Below are positions 53,561-61,325 of a stretch of 64,000 nucleotides of DNA, one piece after another. The stretch comes from Isurus oxyrinchus (taxonomy: Eukaryota). Numbering within the stretch: position 1 is the stretch's first letter; each line of letters starts with the position of its first letter. A program made the translations under genes and the position numbers. The stretch is taken from contig JANJGN010000036.1 of assembly GCA_026770705.1 (NCBI GenBank), positions 2,728,001 to 2,792,000 of the forward strand, given 5' to 3'. The notes under the pieces were generated by a model that ran no database searches, had not been told where the DNA came from, and saw only the letters and a program-made list of their open reading frames with translations.

Positions 53561-56500
53561 GTAAGATATCCTAACATTTTCAGATAGAGTGAAGGAGGGT
53601 TGAGATAGAGTAAATAAGGAGAAAATCGTTCCACTGGAAAGAGGATCGGTAACCAGAGGGAGACAGATTGAGGAGAGGAGAGCGTTTCAGGTAAACCATT
53701 AGAGAAAGTTATAATTTTTTGAACAAAATAAATTGCACAACGTCAGCGGAAAATAAGAAATAGCGAAAGGTGAATGAGAGAAAAAATTTTAAAAATTGGG
53801 AATTTTAAGTCATTAACTTCAGTTCCCATGTGCCTACCCCAGTAAATAAAACAGAATTGCTGGTGAATGGACTCGTACAGTGCCTTTGGAAAGACCGGGG
53901 AAAACAATGCAAACCATCGCTTAGTCAGCCCGATTTTAATTGTGTGCGGGTGCAATTTTCCCATATGGACTATTTTTAAATAAACGATTCTGCTTCCTCC
54001 ATATCGGGGTGCATTCGCCGGTGTCTGTCTTCGGGGGCGTCGGGTTGAGGGTGCGGGCTGACGGGCTGCACAATACCCTGAGATGACTTTTTTTTTTCAC
54101 TCTTGCTCAGTTATTGTGTCTCATCGTCTCTTGTCCCAGTCTCCGCCGGTCAAGACACTCACTGCAGGGAGTCGCGCCAAACTGAGTTGTCACACGGAAA
54201 GGTCCAAACCTGGGCTCATCTTCTGGTACAGACAGCGAGAGCGAAACGACATGAAGCTGGTTTACACAGCGCATAAGTTCAGCGCAGCGGAGGGGAGGTT
54301 TTCCCGCGAGATTTCTGACAAAGCGGGTTATTATTCACTGGTCATTGCGGATACCCGGAGAAATGACTCTGGAATGTATTACTGTGCCATCCGCAATTAC
54401 CAGAACAGGGCCTTAATATTCGGAAATGGATCCCAGTTAGTGATTACAGGTAAATTTCGTCATTATTCCGTCGCTTTTGGCATTTCCACAGCAATTAAAA
54501 GTCTCTGGTTTCAACTGTTAATGGTTTGTCTGTTTCCTTTGCCAAATTTAGAGGACTCCCCGACCATTTTCCTCCTCACCTCGCAAGAGGATGAGATTCC
54601 TTCGGTGGAAAGGGTCCTGTTGTGTTTGATCAGAGGCTTGTCTCCCGATTCCTTTTCCGTCCGCTGGAATATTTCCGGGCGGGATACCAAGGGAAAGACC
54701 GATTCCGGGACAATTGAGTCGGACGGCACCTACACCATCAGGAGTTACACCAGCCTCTCGGCGGAAACTTGGAGCAGCGGCGCTCTCTGTACTTGCGCCG
54801 TTCAAATCAACTCCAGTGAAAATCTTCTCAGTGCAAGTGTCGCATCTCAGAGAGGTAGCTGCTAACAGTGACCGTTTACCGACCTATTTATTGCTGATGG
54901 GAGGCTTTGACAATTTTGTAAATTAGAATCGTGCATCTTTCCGTGTGAGTCCATGCATCACCATTTTATAATTGACCTATCACAGATCTCTCAATGTTTC
55001 AGAGTTTATCTTTCTGAAATTTTAACTCTACCTGTTCTCTCTACCCCAGAGAGCTAGGGTTGCTCAGTCACTGAGCTAGATAGTTGTACACTAAGGGAAT
55101 ATGGGATCCGGGCAGTGTGGGTAATGTGAAGTTGATGTACAATATTAACCATGGTCTTATTGAATGGCGGATACCCTTCTGGGATCAAACATCTCCTGCT
55201 CCTATTTCTTGTGTTCTTGTGTTTGGCTCGACATATTGACATGGTTGCATGCCAGTGGATGACTTGTCAATGTGAATAATTGTAAGGTTTGATTGCAGTC
55301 CCAGCGTACCTCTCTGTCTCACCATGCCTGTGTACAATTACCTATTCATCTCTCGATCTACTTAACATCGCAATATTTACGTCTGTCTCAGTTAAACAAT
55401 GAGGTATAAGGTATCTTCTCCACCTGTGTGTCTGTCTGTTTATCTGTCTTTCCATCTGTCTCACTCTCTATCAATCAATCCATTTCTGTCCTACTGCAGT
55501 CTAAGATATCTGTTTTCCTATTTGTCTGCCTATATATCTGGCTGTCTCTGTGTCTGAACAGAACTCTCTACAACTCCCACTCTCTCTCCCTGTCTCTCAC
55601 AGTCCCTATTACTTTCTCCCTGTCTCGCACTCTGTCTATGCTTTGAAACATGTATTGAACTCTCTATCTATCTCACTCTCCCTTTGTTCATCCTGTCTAT
55701 TTCTATCCTGGTTAAATGGTGCGTTATAAGACATCTGGGACATTCATCTATCTTTCTATCCTTCGACCTGTCTCCATACCTCTCTCTGTTTCCCTCTGTC
55801 TGCATCGTGCTCTCTGCCTCTCTCTCTCTCTTTGCCTCTATCTCGCTCTCTTATAATTTTCCATCCAGTTAAACCGCTCTGTGTTAGTTTGCTGCTTTAT
55901 CTATCACACTCTCTTGACCTCTCCGACTCTATCTTTCTATTTATCTCTCAATCCATCTTTCCACCCATTTCTCCGTCCATCTCTCCGCTCTTCTCTCCAT
56001 CTCTCCACCATCACTCCTCCGACTCCCCCTCCTTATCTCCCCCATCTCTCCTTCCTCTCTCTCCATCTCTCCCACCCCTCTTTTCTCACACTCTCCCTCT
56101 CTATCTTTCTGCCTATCCCTGATCTCTCCATCTCTTGTCCACTCTCCCCATCCCTCCCTCTCTCCCCATTTCTCCCTCCCCGTCTCTCCTTAACTCTTCC
56201 TCTCTCCAAATCCCCCTCTCCCCTATCTACCACCTCTCCCTCTCTCTCACTCTCTCCCATCTACCCCTCTCTTCCTCTCTCCACAAATATCCTTTTCCTC
56301 AGCATCTCTCCCTCTCTCCCTGTATCTCCCTTTCTCTCAATCGTTTTTCCCTTTCTACCCAACTTTCCTCTTTCGCTCTCTAATTCCTCTTATCCCCGTT
56401 ACCCCTCTCTCCACCTCTCCAATTATTTATCTCTTTTTTCAACCTAGTTGAGCAGTTTTGTATCAGTGACCTACTCTCTCGAACACTGTCCGTTTCTCTC

Positions 56501-57986
56501 CGGTTTAACATTTCCGTGCTATTGAAACAGATCTCCATCCATTTTTCTCTGTCATTCTCCCTCTATCTCTCTCTTGTTATCTCTCTATCTTTCAACGATT
56601 TAAATAGTGCTCCATAAGATCGTTTCTCTCTCTCTCTCTCTATTTCTGTCTCCGATAAACAGTGCTCTATCTATTGCTCTGCCTCTCAGTGTTCTATTCA
56701 AACAGGGCTATATATGATTGTTGCTCTCACTTGCTATCAATTTGTCATTCTCTTCCGCTATCCCTTCTGCCTCTTTCTTTCTCTTCCAACTACTGTCCGG
56801 TCTCGCAGTTGTTCTATAAGATCTCTGCTCTATTTTCAGGATGATGAAATATGGAAATATCTATTTCAGTTTTCGAGTGAAATCGCAAATTCAGGTTTGT
56901 CATTTTTTCACTTGTTTAATTAATTCCACCAAATTTATTTTCAATGAAAGCTTTTTTGCAGATTCTCCGCTACCTGCCACCTGCAGTTTTCCGCTTTTAT
57001 GGAGTTTGTCCGCGGCGGCGCTTCTCCTTCTGGGGATGATCCTTGTGGCCGGGAAAAGGAGCTGCAGGAACCAGCAGACAGGTAGCGATTGTTGGGGGGA
57101 CGCTGTAATTCCGCGGTGCTCTCAATACATAACTTACTCAATGCGTTCTTGACACTTTCAGCCGGTTCAGAGGGAAATGGAGCCATTTATGTTCAGTGTG
57201 AAATGTAGCCATTGATGCTCAGTTCAAATTTTACTTTCTAACAGGCAACATGAACAATGATCAGGAACTGACAGACTCCAGGTCACACCGACAGAATGAA
57301 GAGGTAAAGGAATGTAACTGTTGTTGCCACTACACGTGAATGCGTTTCACTGATTTGTTTTATCTAAGCTTTAAAATTCATCATTATTATTGTAAGAGTC
57401 AGGAAAACATTGCGTCATGTGTAATTCAGGATGGAAGAAATTAGGCTTCAATCCGTCTCGTTCGGGGAGATTGAGGGACAATCTGAGCGGTTTAAGGTGA
57501 TAAAAGGACACAACAGTGTCAATAGAGAGAAACCGTCTGCTCCGGTGGCGAGGAGGGGTGGGGGCAGATTGGTACAGGGAGTAGCGTGAGGTTGGGATGG
57601 GGTGGTGGGGGGAGGGGTGGTGGTGGTGGCTAGAGTCCAGGGCTCAGAACCTTAAAAATAGAGCCAGGTCGTTCACGGTTGATGTCCGGAAACCTGGAAC
57701 TCTCTCCCCTCAAAAGCTGCTGTGGTGAGGTGCCAATTGGAAATGTCAAAATTGAGACTGACAGATTTTTTTTGGGTACAGGGATTAAGGATTAAGGAAC
57801 CAAGGTGGGTAAATGGGAGTTATGGTACAGATCCGCCATGATCTAACTGAATAGACTTGAGGGGCTGAATGTCCTCCTCCTATCCCTATGATGATGGTGT
57901 TTGTTATATTTATATATTCGGTTTTTATTGTTTCTCCACAGACACTTTATGCCCACTTGGCTTTTAAGGAGAATCCCAAACTCTGA
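53518..57986 (+). CDS. Gene E: intact non-rearranging VJ-C1-TM Ig-superfamily receptor (type I), 6 coding exons, 302 aa
   Basis: Exons are 53518-53560, 54111-54449, 54552-54854, 56962-57081, 57245-57303 and 57942-57986 (909 nt). All introns are GT-AG with compatible phases (1,1,1,1,0) and there are no stops. Protein: MRYLGVCALSHLFQ-V(C..WY..D.G.YYC..FGNGSQLVIT)-C1-DSPLPATC-TM-...EETLYAHLAFKENPKL*. Equivalent exons of matching size occur in paralogs B and D. Confidence 0.88.
54111..54449 (+). CDS. Gene E V-set exon with J-like G strand
   Basis: tcttgctcag| acceptor and ACAG|gtaaat donor. Motifs KLSC, FWYRQ, GRFS, YSLVI, DSGMYYC, FGNGSQLVIT. Confidence 0.92.
54552..54854 (+). CDS. Gene E C1-set exon
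   Basis: tttag| acceptor and AGAG|gtagct donor. Motifs PTIFLL, LLCLIRGLSP, VRWN, DGTYTIRS, WSSG, CTCAV follow the C1-set pattern of Ig/TCR constant domains. Confidence 0.88.
55690..56780 (+). repeat. Pyrimidine-rich (CT) low-complexity intronic tract; paralog at 11170-11850
   Basis: Shared unique anchors gttaaatggt...gggacattcatctatc and tccagttaaac. Confidence 0.8.
56962..57081 (+). CDS. Gene E connecting peptide + transmembrane exon
   Basis: ttttttgcag| ... ACAG|gtagcg. Encodes DSPLPATCSFPLLWSLSAAALLLLGMILVAGKRSCRNQQT: uncharged hydrophobic span with a membrane-proximal Cys. Confidence 0.85.
57245..57303 (+). CDS. Gene E cytoplasmic exon 1
   Basis: ctaacag| ... GAG|gtaaag, 59 nt. Homologous 59-nt exons occur in A, B and D. 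Confidence 0.82.
57942..57986 (+). CDS. Gene E terminal coding exon with ITIM/ITSM-like TLYAHL
   Basis: tttctccacag|ACA CTT TAT GCC CAC TTG...TGA, 45 nt. The homologous 45-nt exons in B and D encode TLYARL. Confidence 0.82.
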   Translation, partial: TLYAHLAFKENPKL

Positions 57987-60193
57987 TTGGAGAGGGAAGA
58001 GGGAGAGTGCTCACAGTCTGCTTCCGGAACATGACGTGTTCTGGAAAGTTTCCTCTGTTGAGCGGGACAGTCCGAAATTCCAACCGGCACCAATTCAGGC
58101 GCATTCTCGGCACAATTTTGTGATTTCGCCCATAGGGGACCCGGAACTACCACTTAATGCCCGCTATTCTAACGATGAAATATCTTTGCAGTTCCACGCC
58201 AGCCTCTGCAGGTTTCTGATATTTTATTATTGAATTCTGCACCTTTATACAGTATGTGAGCAACATATTATTCAGACAGGTTTTGCGATGTATCTGTGCT
58301 CGAATTACCTACATATTAAAACAAATTTGAAAACCAATGACTGCTCTGTGATTGGAGTTTTTTTTTGATCATTCAGACCAGATGCACCCAGGGTATCTCT
58401 GAAGGCAATTAACAAAGTCATTTATAGAGCGAATGTAAGGAAGATAGAAGTAAGGGAAGGGATTTGGGCTGCTTTGATATGAAAGCTGCAGTGTTATTGA
58501 ACACTGGTTGTGTCCTAGGAGTGAACAGCGTTATATTTACTTTTGAAAGAAGAATATTGACAATCAATACGCCCTTTTGACAATACAGCTGAGTGGATTT
58601 TACCGACAAAAATCACTAGTTCGCAGACACTTAAAGCACTGCAAGAGGCCATTTGGCCCTTCACTCAGAGCCAGCTCTTTGAATGCGCACTTTCGTCCCA
58701 TACACCAAATGTCTCCTCATGACCCTTAGAATTAGTCCTCTTCTAGTAAACCTACCAGTAAATGTTACACCTATCGCGCTTACAGTACAAATCATCTGCT
58801 GTGACTGAAAGCAGCTTGCTGGCGATGTTAATAGTTCAGAAGGTGAAATCAATTCTCACCTCACATTAGAAGATTAGTTAAATCCGTACGTCAGTTTGAG
58901 ATGCTATTTCACTGCGATGGTGTGATATATTTCCATGACAATCATAACTATTATAAAGCTGGAATGGAAACCCTTGATGTGCTGATTACTGGATAATTTT
59001 GTTGGCGATTAAAATCTGATCCGCAGAACCCCTTGTGATTCCTGTTGTGAACGGATGGAGACATTCCCAAATCAGCACCGGCTTATTCTAATGGAAAGGG
59101 ACATTCTGCACATATACTTCGAGTGTATTTGGGGACACTTATTACAGAAAGTAGATGGTAAAGGGCATTCTGCATACATCCAGCAAGTTGCTTTCCTCCT
59201 CAAACGGCAGGAAAACAACCGTTGCTTAAAAGAAGAAAAAATCAGGGGTTTGGCAATCGCCTCCCTATTGTCCCCAAGCAGAGAATCAATCTTACTGCTG
59301 ATCACTTTGTGTGTCATAGACCTCCAGGCATCTGAACTCTCAATATCCTGAATGGCTAATCTGACAGGCGCTTTGGAGAAGGAGATAACAATTCATTTCC
59401 TTTCTTGGATGGGACCTGGAATTCAATCGGATGATGGCTGAAGTTAGGAAACAGAGATAGTTTAAGTAAGTTACATGTGTATTTGGGTGTGTTAAGTCTA
59501 TAGGGTTTATGATTAAGTTTAATTTTTATTCATACTGTTTTCTAATTGTGGTTTGAAAGGTGCAACCTGGGATCTAATTACATTTTTGAGTGTAGGCAGC
59601 AGGTTTAAAGCTCTGTTTGTATACCTATATTTCTAATGGTTTTTCTGACTCTTGAAGAGAAGGCAAATCAAACACAAAAGCAGAAAATGATTGTGCTGTT
59701 GCCTCGTAACCGAGTTGTAGAGAGAGTGGCCCCACTCCCACAGCCATACACACACATACACACACATATATAGAGAGAAAAATAGCAGCAGTCTGAGTTC
59801 ACTTGAAAACAGCAGCCAGTGAGAGGCTGGAGAGCAGAGGGACTGAGAGCAAACCCAAAACCGAAGCTCAGTCATTGTGTACGTTTAAGGTAAAGATTGA
59901 TATTTTTTCTGATTAACAGTTAACTAAATGGAGATTGGGATTGTATGGGTAAAATGCATTGACATGTTCGATCAGCTATGATCATAGCGATTAGAGGATG
60001 AGGCTCGACGGCCTGAATGGCCTTCTCCTGTTCCTATATTCCTATGGGAGGAGGATCATGTGGAGGTGAACGAACGGCACAGAGCAGGCGGCCTTAGCTC
60101 CCTGATCCACAGGAGTAATTCTGACAGAACGAGAGAGGAGGGGAGAGTGATTCTGAGTAAAACAGTTACTGAAACATTACAATCTGATTCCAG

Positions 60194-60425
60194 AATTACC
60201 TGGAAAAACTCAGCAGGTCTGGCAGCATCGGCGGAGAAGAAAAGAGTTGACGTTTCGAGTCCTCATGACCCTTCGACAGAACTTCAAGTTCTGTCGAAGG
60301 GTCATGAGGACTCGAAACGTCAACTCTTTTCTTCTCCGCCGATGCTGCCAGACCTGCTGAGTTTTTCCAGGTAATTCTGTTTTTGTTTTGGATTTCCAGC
60401 ATCCGCAGTTTTCTTTGTTTTCACC
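60194..60425. mobile_element. Palindromic Penelope terminal-repeat insertion with 12-bp target-site duplication
   Basis: Perfect 94-bp arms 60191-60284 and 60286-60379. ATCTGATTCCAG occurs at 60182-60193 and 60426-60437. The insertion is absent at the paralogous site near 18300. Confidence 0.85.
60286..60326 (+). ncRNA. Minimal hammerhead-ribozyme-like motif of Penelope repeat
   Basis: AGTT-CTGTCGA-A-GGGTC(atgag)GACTC-GAAA-CG-TC-AACT: stem I AGUU/AACU, variant CUGANGA core, 5-bp stem II, GAAA, vestigial stem III. Confidence 0.55.
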
Positions 60426-61010
60426 ATCTGATTCCAGGTTTCTTCAAACTGGTGTGCTTCTGTTGAGACCAGAATAAATTAATCTGTTCGCAATGAATTA
60501 AACAGAACACTAGTAATTAGGGGCTTTCTTCTCGCCTTCATAATGTCATAAACAGCAATGTTGTTGAATTCATCATCATTATCTTTTGGCCTCAGTTTGA
60601 CCCAGTCTGGACTGCGCATCCCCTGTGACGCGTGTTTTCCACAATCTGTCGCTTGTTGTCCTTTGCAGGCAGAGCCGTGTGTGGTCTCCGAAGCTGTAAA
60701 CAGGAAACCCCTAGATAAAACTTACACCGCGCTGCATTTTCCAGAGAGTTTATATGTGTGTGTGGGCCAGGGGCGGAGGTGGAGGGAGGGGCTGGAGGGC
60801 TGCGGGTTTAACCCCTGTGTCCCTGGGGCCCATGTTTATCACGCGAGCAACATCATCAAAGGCATGATCTGTGTCACAAACACATTCTTATTTGTGGGCC
60901 TTGCTCTGTGCAGTTTCTGCTGCCGCACTGTTCTAGCCGCTTCTTCACAGGAAGAATTTTCTCTCTCCCGGTCATAACAGAACCCAGGGTGTTGACTTTG
61001 TCCCTCTCGG

Positions 61011-61325
61011 TTAGTGTATCTCAGGCTGTTTTGTCCCGGGCTCCAGCGGTTCATAATCTCTCGCTTGGAAGTACCAACAATGTGCATTGTGAGACGGCTT
61101 AGTTGGCGGTGCTGTTGTGGGTCGGGGGTGGTGATGGGGAGAGGGAGGGGGCAGGGGCGGTGCTGCGGAGGGTGCGTGGGCGGTTCTAAGGAGGGGGAGG
61201 GTGCGATCCCCTGGTATAAACCTAATCCATTTGCCACTGGTTTATACCGTGACAGAATACAACCATCTAACAAGGTTATTTTCGGGGTAAGTTAGCGGCA
61301 CAGGCAGTGTCTATTCTCTAATCAT
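61011..61325 (+). pseudogene. Gene G: truncated type I V exon (paralog of A)
   Basis: VSQAVLSRAPAVHNLSLGSTNNVHCETA*. Acceptor AG>GG, a G-rich insert at CDR1, and WYK and YSLI still recognisable. The sequence then jumps to the post-C intron, so the V 3' end and C exon are deleted. Flanks 60.1-62.4 kb match A flanks 18.2-21.5 kb. Confidence 0.78.

Noticed and set aside
54083-54865. 260-aa single ORF as a processed or germline-joined Ig light chain or TCR gene
   Set aside because: The ATG lies in the acceptor's polypyrimidine tract and the V-C spacer has GT-AG ends. Separate leader, TM and Tyr-tail exons exist, and the TM has no TCR-type charged residues.
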